NCBI GenBank assembly: GCA_963665815.1
Contig: OY762463.1
Location: forward strand, 1,920,001 to 1,984,000
Source: Candidatus Cloacimonadales bacterium
GTDB taxonomy: Bacteria; Cloacimonadota; Cloacimonadia; Cloacimonadales; JAIOQZ01
Reading direction: 5' to 3'
DNA: 64,000 nt
Within the stretch, counting starts at the first letter, position 1; every line of letters begins with the position of its first letter. The notes beneath the pieces are model-generated. The model was not told where the DNA came from. It made no database searches and worked only from the letters and a program-made list of their open reading frames with translations. A program made the translations under genes and the position numbers. Shown here piece after piece: positions 9,618 through 18,447 of this stretch.

Positions 9618-11390
9618 CTATTCGAATGAACCCTTAGTACCATCAATATATTTATTCATTGTTTTGATTTCTTCTCTTGCTTCATTTTTCTCGCCGGTCA
9701 TACCAACTGATACAGCCTTTTGAAGAATTTTTTTACACTGATTGAATTTTGAGTTAGACTGTTTTCTCAGATTATCTCTTTTCTCGATTTCACTGTTAAG
9801 CTCATCGCCATACATGTTTCCTTCATCGATTTTATTCTTAACCTGATTATATTTGTTGTAATAGCCCAATCCAATTTTATATTGAATCTTGTAATCAAAC
9901 ATATATGCTGAAAAAGCGTCTGCTTCAACCTGTTGTGCTTTTTTAACATAATCTGTTGCATTATTAAATTGATTGATATTGTAATATAATCTTGATATTT
10001 TCATGTATATATCGAATTTTTCATCACTGTCACTCTCAAGGGTTTTATATATATTGATAGCTGAAACAGCATTTTCTTTCTGTTTTGCAGTATTACCTTT
10101 TTCCTTGAAGATCTTACTGTTATAAGCATATAATTCAGCTGTTTTCTCTCTGATATCCACATGATTTCCAAATTTATCTTTCACATCATCAAGAGTAGCA
10201 ATACCTTTATTATTTGCTTCTATTGCAGAATCATACATTCCTTCATTGAAATCAGTTCTGGCAAGATTCATATATGCTGAAGCAAGCTTAATATAGTTAG
10301 ACATCACATCAGGTTTGCCTGAAATTATTTCTTTAAGGTTGTCGATAGCAGCCTCTGTCTGTCCACTTTGCTGGTAGGATTTTGCCAGTTTTGAAGCTAT
10401 ATCATTATCATCAGGAAACTCTGCACTTACCATTTCAAGATATGGGATTGCTTCTTCGAATTCAGCTTCATTGTACTTCAGCAAACCAAGCTGATAAGCT
10501 GCTCTCATATAGTTTTCATCAATCTCAAGAGCTTTTTCATAGCAATCAGCAGCTTCCATGGAATCAAAAAGCTTTTCATTAATCTGACCAAGTCTGAACC
10601 AGTACTCTTTATTATCCGTAGATTCAGCAATCGGAGCTAAAGCTTCCTTAGCTTCGTCAAATTTACCGGCTGCAAAATATGAATCAACAAGCCCTGAAAC
10701 AAGAAATTCGTCATTGCCGTTTTCACTGATTCCTGATTCGTATGTGTTTATCGCATCATTTACTTTTTGCTGTTGAAGATAGCTAAATCCAAGCAGAGAA
10801 TAAACATCTGTATTTTTCTTATCCATTGTAAGATATTCATTAAGTTTGGCAATTGCATCATTGTAGTTTTCACTATCGATAAACTGCTGTGCAAGGTTAA
10901 GCAATCTTGCCAACTTTTCAGTTGAAGCCTCAGCTACCTTATCAAAGAGCTCCTTCTTAAGAGCTTCAATCCTTTCGCTGGATTTTCTTGTTACGGTAAA
11001 ACGATACTGCTTTAAATCTCCTGATTGTACAATAAGCATAAAGGCTGTAACATCAAAAGCACCTTTATCCGCTGAGGATCCAACCTGTCCCCAGATCAGA
11101 CTTTCACATCCAAGCTCTTTACAGATTTCCATTTTTTTATCCATACCAAGAGAAAGTGATGACTTTACACCATACTTCTTCAGTATTTTTTTTGCTTCTT
11201 TATAATCATTTATTTTGTAATCAGGATAAGCTTCAGATACTTTCTTCATGTCTCGACCATTCATTGATTTTACCAGAGCACCGGAAGAAGAATCTGTTTT
11301 CTCGAATCCAAGGAATCCGATATTTGTTTCTGCTACAGCCAGTTGACATAGAAGCAGAATTATGACAAAGATTATGCTGAATTTCGACAT
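9618..11390 (-). CDS. Exported TPR-repeat protein with an N-terminal TolB_N/CsgG-like domain
   Basis: Signal peptide, multiple TPR repeats, GGAGG SD. Confidence 0.8.
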   Translation of the reverse strand: MSKFSIIFVIILLLCQLAVAETNIGFLGFEKTDSSSGALVKSMNGRDMKKVSEAYPDYKINDYKEAKKILKKYGVKSSLSLGMDKKMEICKELGCESLIWGQVGSSADKGAFDVTAFMLIVQSGDLKQYRFTVTRKSSERIEALKKELFDKVAEASTEKLARLLNLAQQFIDSENYNDAIAKLNEYLTMDKKNTDVYSLLGFSYLQQQKVNDAINTYESGISENGNDEFLVSGLVDSYFAAGKFDEAKEALAPIAESTDNKEYWFRLGQINEKLFDSMEAADCYEKALEIDENYMRAAYQLGLLKYNEAEFEEAIPYLEMVSAEFPDDNDIASKLAKSYQQSGQTEAAIDNLKEIISGKPDVMSNYIKLASAYMNLARTDFNEGMYDSAIEANNKGIATLDDVKDKFGNHVDIREKTAELYAYNSKIFKEKGNTAKQKENAVSAINIYKTLESDSDEKFDIYMKISRLYYNINQFNNATDYVKKAQQVEADAFSAYMFDYKIQYKIGLGYYNKYNQVKNKIDEGNMYGDELNSEIEKRDNLRKQSNSKFNQCKKILQKAVSVGMTGEKNEAREEIKTMNKYIDGTKGSFE

Positions 11391-11546
11391 AATACCTCCA
11401 AATTAATATTTTTCAGTGTGAATTTCTAAAAGACCCGATAATTAGGCAAGGAATTTTTCTATGCAGTCATATAAACTCGGTTCTTCATATTTTGCTTGAC
11501 ATTAATAGCATCGTATTTTTTTCTGCGATTCACATTAACTTTAAGC

Positions 11547-11623
11547 GCGCCTGTGGCTCAATTGGATAGAGCATCGCACTACGGATGCGAAGGTTTGGGG
11601 TTCGAATCCCTACAGGCGTGCCA
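11547..11623 (+). tRNA. tRNA-Arg (anticodon ACG)
   Basis: Acceptor stem GCGCCTG/CAGGCGT, anticodon arm TCGCA-CTACGGA-TGCGA, GTTCGAATC T-loop, encoded CCA; TTGACA at 11496. Confidence 0.97.
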
Positions 11624-11812
11624 TTTTTTTATCACTTCTATTTACTTTTCATTTATCATTAATGCAAATTCCATACCATTTACTGAAACCCTATTCAGTT
11701 TACTCTTGTATTATGCGTTCAGAGAACAAAATATTCTCTATTTAAAAACTTCTTCTGGTTTAGTAACGTAAAAAGTATTATAATAGTTTCATAATAATCA
11801 AGAGGAGTATTT

Positions 11813-12166
11813 ATGCAAAACACTGTTGAAGTGCTTAATTCAATAATTATTCAGATATGCCATATACTGGCAATGTTTACTATTTTTACCGGTGTAGTTA
11901 AAGGAACATACATCTATATTAAAGATGCAATCCTCAAAAAAGCCGCAGCTTCAGCTATTCAGGAAAGCAGAAATGAACTTGGTCATGCCTTTTCGCTTGG
12001 ACTTGGCTTCCTCATCGGTGCGAGTATACTCAAAACCTCCCTGGCACCCCAATGGAACGATATTGGTCAGCTCTCAGCAATCATTGCCATAAGAACAATA
12101 TTAACTCATTTCCTGCTTAAAGATATCAAGAAAAAGAATAGAGAATGTGAGGATAAGACAGATTGA
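11813..12166 (+). CDS. DUF1622-family membrane protein
   Basis: R..LG..FSLGLGFLIGASILKT...P.W.DIG.L.AIIAIRT.L.HFL pattern; GAGGAG SD. Confidence 0.8.
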   Translation: MQNTVEVLNSIIIQICHILAMFTIFTGVVKGTYIYIKDAILKKAAASAIQESRNELGHAFSLGLGFLIGASILKTSLAPQWNDIGQLSAIIAIRTILTHFLLKDIKKKNRECEDKTD

Positions 12167-12273
12167 GAATACTAAAGCCATCTTCCTGTGAAGCTTCTCT
12201 CAATTGCAGAAAGAGATATCTGAGATGGAATTATCTTTGTTCAGGAGGATTTTTCAATGAAGTTGAGGAGGTT

Positions 12274-13563
12274 TTAAAGAGCAGTATTTACAACCTTCAG
12301 TGAATCCCATGGAAAACTTTTAACTATGTTTTTAGTCTCCGGATCTAATATTGCAAAATAACACCCATCTCTTCCCTCCATCAAACCCAACAAGAGATTT
12401 CTATTGGGTATGTATTGCAGATTAAAGATTGTATTTCTTTTTTCACTGTAATTTTTCCCATTAATCTTATCTGTTAAGTCTGTTATAGTTTTTTTCTGAA
12501 AATTGATTTTATAAAGACCGGCGTGATTTGAAGAAACAATGTATTTACGTGCATCTGTTAATTTTTTTGGAGAAATTCCCATAAACATACCGAAGTGCAA
12601 TCTTGCATCTTTTCTCCTCATATCTATCTTGCAATACAATGTATCAGCATCATTTTTCTCAAAGAACAGCAACTTGAATGGTTCATTATAAACATCTAAA
12701 CCGAGAATTAAAGTTTTAAAATCTTTACAAATACCCAAACCAAACTTATACAGGCCGGACCAAATCTTCTTCAGTACTGTTTTTTTCTCTCCTGGTTCTT
12801 TAAAAGTTGGTGTCAATTGAAAAGGCCAGCTATCCAGCAGGTTGCCTTTATAGCTCATGTTTATCCGCGAAATACTCCTGTCTGTTATCGAGAACTCATA
12901 AAAACCTGATGGAAAACTCTTTCTGTTGAAAGGGTATCCATAACTTTCCTCAATATCAATCCTGTATTGCTTGTCCCCAATTATCCTGAAATATATTTTT
13001 TGGTTCTCTTCATCATACACACAATCACCCACTCCACCTAATCCATATTCAGTCAGCCGGGTAACTTTCTTCGACTTTATGTCAACTTCGAAGTAATCTG
13101 AGTTATGGATTATTGGAATTCTTCCTCCACGATCAAAAAAAATTCTCCTTGAACCCAGAAGATATATTTTTGAGTCATCGGAGTTTATGAAATAGTTATA
13201 AAATAACAAACTGTCATTTTGGAAAATCCTCTCTTTATTCGAACCATCACTGTTCATTCTGTATATTGATGGATATCCAGAAACGAAGTGGTGTTCAGGA
13301 TATGGAGCAAAGTAAATCTGTTTTCCATCATTAGAAGGCTGTATTCTAGTTAAGTGGTCATTAGATGTATAAGTATGCAACACTCTTTCATCGATGTTTA
13401 ATTTACAATATGTTAATGTTCCATTAACATCCATTGAAAAGTATGCACAGTTATCTACAATCTCAAATACACGATGATGTGTTAAAGAAAATTCAGCCTG
13501 CAGGTGTATTCTCAAAAAGATCAAAATAAGAATAGTTATTAATACTCTTAGATTCAAATTCAT
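12274..13563 (-). CDS. Exported hypothetical protein, TolB/beta-propeller-like
   Basis: Signal peptide; SNDGKQIYF, IYRMNSDGS and VTRLT PD40-like repeats; AGGAG SD. Confidence 0.6.
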   Translation of the reverse strand: MNLNLRVLITILILIFLRIHLQAEFSLTHHRVFEIVDNCAYFSMDVNGTLTYCKLNIDERVLHTYTSNDHLTRIQPSNDGKQIYFAPYPEHHFVSGYPSIYRMNSDGSNKERIFQNDSLLFYNYFINSDDSKIYLLGSRRIFFDRGGRIPIIHNSDYFEVDIKSKKVTRLTEYGLGGVGDCVYDEENQKIYFRIIGDKQYRIDIEESYGYPFNRKSFPSGFYEFSITDRSISRINMSYKGNLLDSWPFQLTPTFKEPGEKKTVLKKIWSGLYKFGLGICKDFKTLILGLDVYNEPFKLLFFEKNDADTLYCKIDMRRKDARLHFGMFMGISPKKLTDARKYIVSSNHAGLYKINFQKKTITDLTDKINGKNYSEKRNTIFNLQYIPNRNLLLGLMEGRDGCYFAILDPETKNIVKSFPWDSLKVVNTAL

Positions 13564-13652
13564 AACAGCTCCTTTAAAATGATACCTCTATTCCATTACT
13601 TCTAGTTATCTGCATTTAAAGCAATTGTAAATGATAAAAAACCATTGTGAAT

Positions 13653-14060
13653 TTACTTTATTACAACTTTATCAATCTTATAAACAAATAATCGATCTTT
13701 CACATACGTTTTAGCATGCTTGTATCCCCCGAAATAATAATCAAGATGCTTATTATAGGAAAGTCTATTATAATGCATTTCCTTCAGCTTTCGATTAAAG
13801 GTAATTAACAAGTTATGTTTACTGGAATCAACTTCCGGAAGTTCTATTGAGTACTTCTCACTATAAAATAGCCTGTACCTATCCTCAGTAATAAATAGCG
13901 GAGGATGATAAATATGCTCCAACGAACCATCAATAGCAGAGCTATTACTCCTGTACTCATATTCACTCATAAATTCAGGATTTACACATACTCGAAAAAC
14001 TGTTATTGTTAATATATAAATAAGGATAATAATTGTTATCGTAATAACATGAACTTTCAT
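13653..14060 (-). CDS. Hypothetical protein with an N-terminal TM anchor
   Basis: 135-aa ORF, GGAG SD, hydrophobic N-terminus. Confidence 0.6.
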   Translation of the reverse strand: MKVHVITITIIILIYILTITVFRVCVNPEFMSEYEYRSNSSAIDGSLEHIYHPPLFITEDRYRLFYSEKYSIELPEVDSSKHNLLITFNRKLKEMHYNRLSYNKHLDYYFGGYKHAKTYVKDRLFVYKIDKVVIK

Positions 14061-14120
14061 TTATTGATCTCCGCGACATAAATCGCAGTATTTACTGCCA
14101 AAAAAGTTTCTACCTGTCAC
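14061..14120 (-). CDS. Putative 19-aa small ORF MTGRNFFGSKYCDLCRGDQ
   Basis: TAAGGAG SD 8 nt before GTG; its TAA abuts the ATG of the next gene. Confidence 0.35.
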   Translation of the reverse strand: MTGRNFFGSKYCDLCRGDQ

Positions 14121-14218
14121 AATCCAATCTCCTTATGCCTTTGATTTTACAATATTGGATTTACTGTCAAGGAAAGGTCAAGAAAATTGTTCACATGATT
14201 TCAGTATTATCAGGATAA

Positions 14219-14247
14219 AACCACGAAATACACTAAATGACACGAAA
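14219..14247. repeat. Short degenerate tandem repeat CACGAAATA-CACTAAATGA-CACGAAA
   Basis: Read directly from the sequence. Confidence 0.6.
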
Positions 14248-14272
14248 ACAAGACTGAAAACAAAATTACTTG

Positions 14273-14560
14273 AATAATCATTTAACCCTTCTCATCATGA
14301 TCTAGTATCTTATTTGAGCAGCTAAAGTAGTACCCCCACATATAGTCCTATTCGCAATGGAACTGTCCTTGCGAAAGGTAGTATTGTTGTGTCAATCCGA
14401 AATTAACGTGGTCGACATGACCCTATATTAGACAATCGTCCGATTTTCTCTGCGCTTACAGCAGTACGGTACAAGCTCGTACAGACAAATTCCTCCCTAT
14501 TAAGGAGAGAGATTCAACTGTGTTGAATCAGAGAATCTTAATTACGAAACGATGATTATT
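14273..14560 (-). ncRNA. Candidate structured noncoding element (~290 nt), family unknown
   Basis: About 40% GC by hand count, 9-bp terminal inverted repeat, several hairpins; strand inferred from G:U pairs. Confidence 0.5.
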
Positions 14561-14564
14561 GGAC

Positions 14565-15578
14565 CTACAATATCCTGAATCCTTTTGTAGAAAATGCATT
14601 CAAATCAAGATCTGAAAATTCCTTTCTATGTAGTTTTTCAACGGCTGCCGCCCCAATCATAGCTGCATTATCTGTGCAATACTTCAAAGACGGATATATC
14701 AGCTTCACCCTCCGTTTTGCAGCTTCCTTTTCCAGACGGTTTCTAAGTTCGCTGTTTGCGGAAACTCCACCGGCAAGTACAAGTTTCTTGATTCTGTGTT
14801 TATCGAGATAGTTTAGTGTCTTATATAGAAGATTGTCCACAATACCTTTCTGTACAGATGCAGCAATATCATATTTATGCTTTTCCAGCTCTTCCTGAGA
14901 ATGGCTTTCAATGAAGTTCCTGATTGCTGTTTTCAATCCGCTGAAACTGAAGTTATAGTTATCTTTCTTCTTCATTCCGATTGTGAATGACTGATATGAT
15001 GAATCACCTTGTTTAGCCAGTTTGTCAATAATCGGACCTCCCGGATAGCCCAGTCGAAGCAGTTTTGCACTTTTATCAAAAGCTTCACCGGCTGCATCAT
15101 CAATAGTTCTGCCGACAATCTCAAATTCACGTTCGGCAGTGAAATGAGCAAGTTCGGTATGTCCACCTGAAACAACCAATACCAGATAAGGTGCAACCAT
15201 TTCATCTTTATGCTCAATCATATTTACAGCTACGTGCCCCACCATGTGATTCACAGCAATAAGAGGTAATCCCAGCCCGTACGCCAGAGATTTAGCATAG
15301 GAAACACCTACGAGTAACGCACCGATAAGTCCCGGATTTACTGATACTGCTATAGCATCAATATCATCAAAAGTAACCTGAGCTTTTTTTAGTGCAGCTT
15401 CTGTAAGGTGAACAATATTTTTCAGGTGAACCCGGGATGCAAGTTCCGGGACAACTCCTCCGAACAGTTCATGTTCCGGTTGAGAGGATATCAGATTAGC
15501 ATGCACATTATATTCTGTATCTATCACAGCAACAGAGGTATCATCACAAGATGATTCGATTGCGAGTATTTTCTTCAT
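14565..15578 (-). CDS. tsaD: tRNA N6-threonylcarbamoyltransferase
   Basis: IESSCDDT, GGVVPELASR, HMVGH, VSGGHT, DDAAGEAFDK, TDNAAMIG. Confidence 0.97.
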   Translation of the reverse strand: MKKILAIESSCDDTSVAVIDTEYNVHANLISSQPEHELFGGVVPELASRVHLKNIVHLTEAALKKAQVTFDDIDAIAVSVNPGLIGALLVGVSYAKSLAYGLGLPLIAVNHMVGHVAVNMIEHKDEMVAPYLVLVVSGGHTELAHFTAEREFEIVGRTIDDAAGEAFDKSAKLLRLGYPGGPIIDKLAKQGDSSYQSFTIGMKKKDNYNFSFSGLKTAIRNFIESHSQEELEKHKYDIAASVQKGIVDNLLYKTLNYLDKHRIKKLVLAGGVSANSELRNRLEKEAAKRRVKLIYPSLKYCTDNAAMIGAAAVEKLHRKEFSDLDLNAFSTKGFRIL

Positions 15579-15580
15579 AT

Positions 15581-16480
15581 CTATTCAGTTTCCTTTTTTA
15601 TCACTTGAACTTTTTGAGGTGTGTAATCAAGAATTTTAATTTCCGAACCAACACTAAATTTTACAGCCAGCATTTTTTTATCTTTTAGCTCATCATCATC
15701 TACATAAGCCTGAATATTCAGATTTGCTGTATTCTCCAGCAGTTCACTTCTCCCCTCTATTCTCACCATAGTTTTCTGGGGAACAAGAGAGAACTCTTTT
15801 TTATTTTTAAATCGGATTGGTACAAACAAGGATGCTTTTTTGATAACAATCTCTGAGCTTGTTTTCAGTTTAATAATGTCAGTTTCCAGAACAACTTCAG
15901 TATCAGGCTTTATCAGGTTTATTTCTTTTTTTCTGTCAGACATCATCTTTTCACTAAGCTTTATCGTATAAACTGCATCGAATTTATTGAGAGTGGTTTT
16001 AGGTCCTCTTATTTTTACATATTCAGGTTTGGGAATAAGTTTCTTGCTGATAAAGAAATTTCTGGCTTCATCGGTAACAAAATCCACATGTACTTTAACA
16101 GTCTTTTCGGAAATTCTGTCTGCCAAAATCTCAATAGAATTTTTAGAACCGATCAATGAGTAAGTAATATCCAAATTCTCAGGAAATTCAGGAATAAGCT
16201 GACCTGTCTCAAACTCATTTAATCCTGGTTTAAGATTTTTCACACTCAGTTTTAATTTCGGATCAGACATTCTCAGCATAAGAAGGTCCATACCTCTTCC
16301 TTCAAAAGCAACAACAACATCTGCCGGTCGGGTATCAACAATATAAATTTCTTTATTCAAATCTACAGCAGTGACCGGTATGTTCCATTGAACCCTGTGT
16401 TTACTAAGCACTACCATCATCATCCAGATTGCTATAGCAATTGCTACAGACAGTATTTTTAGAGTAATTCCTTTATTCAT
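15581..16480 (-). CDS. YbbR/CdaR-like membrane-anchored protein
   Basis: KILSVAIAIAIW anchor; P..V.I.GP repeats. Confidence 0.7.
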   Translation of the reverse strand: MNKGITLKILSVAIAIAIWMMMVVLSKHRVQWNIPVTAVDLNKEIYIVDTRPADVVVAFEGRGMDLLMLRMSDPKLKLSVKNLKPGLNEFETGQLIPEFPENLDITYSLIGSKNSIEILADRISEKTVKVHVDFVTDEARNFFISKKLIPKPEYVKIRGPKTTLNKFDAVYTIKLSEKMMSDRKKEINLIKPDTEVVLETDIIKLKTSSEIVIKKASLFVPIRFKNKKEFSLVPQKTMVRIEGRSELLENTANLNIQAYVDDDELKDKKMLAVKFSVGSEIKILDYTPQKVQVIKKETE

Positions 16481-16646
16481 AATTCTCCTGAAAATTCATT
16501 AAATAACAACTTGTAGACAATTTATTTAAACACTGATAAAATATTCAATATTTTTTTATTGCACAAAAAATAAACAGTGCAAAAAATGTCTTTTTAGATT
16601 ATATATGAAAAAAAATTAAATTAATGATACAGGAATCAGGAGGAAA

Positions 16647-18440
16647 GTGATGCTTCAAAGCATGAGAAACAAACAAAAATCAATAATCTTCGTAACTGCA
16701 GTACTGTTCATACTTGGTATGGCGCTGATGGGAGTGGTAGACACATTCCAGAAAAAACATTATGTTGGTAAAGTCGGATCACACAAGATCAAACTGAAAG
16801 AATATGATGCCTTACTCAAAAATGATATATCTAACTGGTATCAGGAAAATAAAGACAAAGAGATTGATACAAAAACTATGAAAAGCCTGAACGATCAGTT
16901 ATGGAGCAGGTACATTAACAACTTTATTTATGAAAAAGAAGTTAAGAAAAGACATATAAAAGTAACCGATGAAGATGTACAAAACAAATTCGTCAATGAT
17001 CCACCGGAATATATTAAAAATGCTCCAGTTTTCATGACAGATGGTAAGTTCGACAATGAAAAGTATCAGGAAGCACTTATTTCAGGTCAACCGGATCTCA
17101 GTTTTCTTGAACCTCACATCAGAGAACAACTTCCAAAAGAGCTTGTTTATGAAGACATCAAATCAGATACAACTGTTACAGATGAAGATGTACTTGCAAA
17201 ATATAAAGAAGATAATGATAAAGCAGATGCTGATATTATATTCTTTGGAACAGACAAAATTACTGATGTAAAAGTTACAGATGAACAAATTTCTGCCTAT
17301 TATGATGAAAACAAGGATAAATATAAAAAAGGTCCCGTAAGACAGCTTAAATTTGTTAAAATTGAGCTGAAGCCAAGTGAAAAAGACGAGCAGGAAGTTC
17401 TTGAAAGAATCAAAGAAGTTAGAGAAGAAGCAGTAAATGGTACTGACTTTGCAGAGCTTGCAAAAGAATACTCAGAAGGTCCTTCAAAAGATAATGGTGG
17501 AGACCTTAACTATTTCACAAGAGACCGTATGGTAACTCCTTTCAGTGATGCCGCATTTGCTCTTAAAGTTGGAGAAATCAGTGAACCTGTTCTTACAAAA
17601 TTCGGCTGGCACGTGATTAAACTTGAAGACAGAAGAAAAAACAAGGACGGAAAAGAAGAAGTAAGAGCACGACATATTCTTATGGAAGTACATGCATCAC
17701 AGGAAACAGCAGATATGATGGAAGAAAAAGCAAATCAGTTCTTCGCTGATGCAGGAAAGCTTGGGCTTGAAAAAGCTGCTGACAATGCAAAACTTGAAGT
17801 TGGTGAAACAGCTGAATTCCAGGAAAATGCACGTTATGTAAGAGAAATTAACAATAACTATAATTTAATCCAGTTTGCTTATGCAGGTAAAGAAGGGGAT
17901 CTTTCCGAACTGGAAAAAGATTCTGACGGGAACTATTATGTTGCTGAAATTTCTATGGTTAAAGGTGATCACTTCAGTCCGCTTGATAAAGTGAAAGACC
18001 AAATTAAAATGACACTCGAAAGAGATGAAAAGCTTGAGCAGGTTAAAGCCAAAGCTGAAGAGTTTGCTAAAAAATACAAAAAAGAAGAATACTTCGCTGC
18101 TGCAGAAAAAGAAGGTTGGGAAATCCTTAACCAGAAAGATATTACGTCAGTAAAATATATCAGTAAAGTTGGTAAAGACGAAGAATTCAATAAAGCTGTT
18201 CTCGCCCTTGAAAAAGATGGAATTACTGATTTAGTTAAAGGTGATAACGGTGCATATATTGCAAAAGTTACCAAACGCACAAAACCTGATATGGATAAAT
18301 TCGAAAAAGAAAAAGATCAACTTAAGGAAGCTGCTTTAACAAGAGCTCAGAACCAGTATGTTAATAACTGGTATAACAAAACTAAGAATGATCTTAAAGT
18401 TGTTGATAACAGAAGAAAATACTACCAATACCTGAATTGA
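16647..18440 (+). CDS. PpiD/SurA-type periplasmic chaperone with a parvulin PPIase domain
   Basis: N-terminal TM, SurA_N region, FAELAKEYSEGPS...GGDL...FGWHVIK; AGGAGG SD. Confidence 0.9.
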   Translation: MMLQSMRNKQKSIIFVTAVLFILGMALMGVVDTFQKKHYVGKVGSHKIKLKEYDALLKNDISNWYQENKDKEIDTKTMKSLNDQLWSRYINNFIYEKEVKKRHIKVTDEDVQNKFVNDPPEYIKNAPVFMTDGKFDNEKYQEALISGQPDLSFLEPHIREQLPKELVYEDIKSDTTVTDEDVLAKYKEDNDKADADIIFFGTDKITDVKVTDEQISAYYDENKDKYKKGPVRQLKFVKIELKPSEKDEQEVLERIKEVREEAVNGTDFAELAKEYSEGPSKDNGGDLNYFTRDRMVTPFSDAAFALKVGEISEPVLTKFGWHVIKLEDRRKNKDGKEEVRARHILMEVHASQETADMMEEKANQFFADAGKLGLEKAADNAKLEVGETAEFQENARYVREINNNYNLIQFAYAGKEGDLSELEKDSDGNYYVAEISMVKGDHFSPLDKVKDQIKMTLERDEKLEQVKAKAEEFAKKYKKEEYFAAAEKEGWEILNQKDITSVKYISKVGKDEEFNKAVLALEKDGITDLVKGDNGAYIAKVTKRTKPDMDKFEKEKDQLKEAALTRAQNQYVNNWYNKTKNDLKVVDNRRKYYQYLN

Positions 18441-18447
18441 TAAAGCT

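Noticed and set aside
11496-11771. 91-aa ORF
   Set aside because: Runs through tRNA-Arg and starts at the promoter TTG
14273-14560. tmRNA, RNase P RNA, SRP RNA, c-di-AMP riboswitch or retron ncRNA
   Set aside because: No tRNA-like ends, no GAGGAAAGTCC/CCCGGCTTA P4 pair, no SRP loop, only scattered ydaO-like words, and no reverse transcriptase nearby
11547-14564. Prophage or integrative element at tRNA-Arg
   Set aside because: No integrase, phage genes or duplicated tRNA 3' end seen
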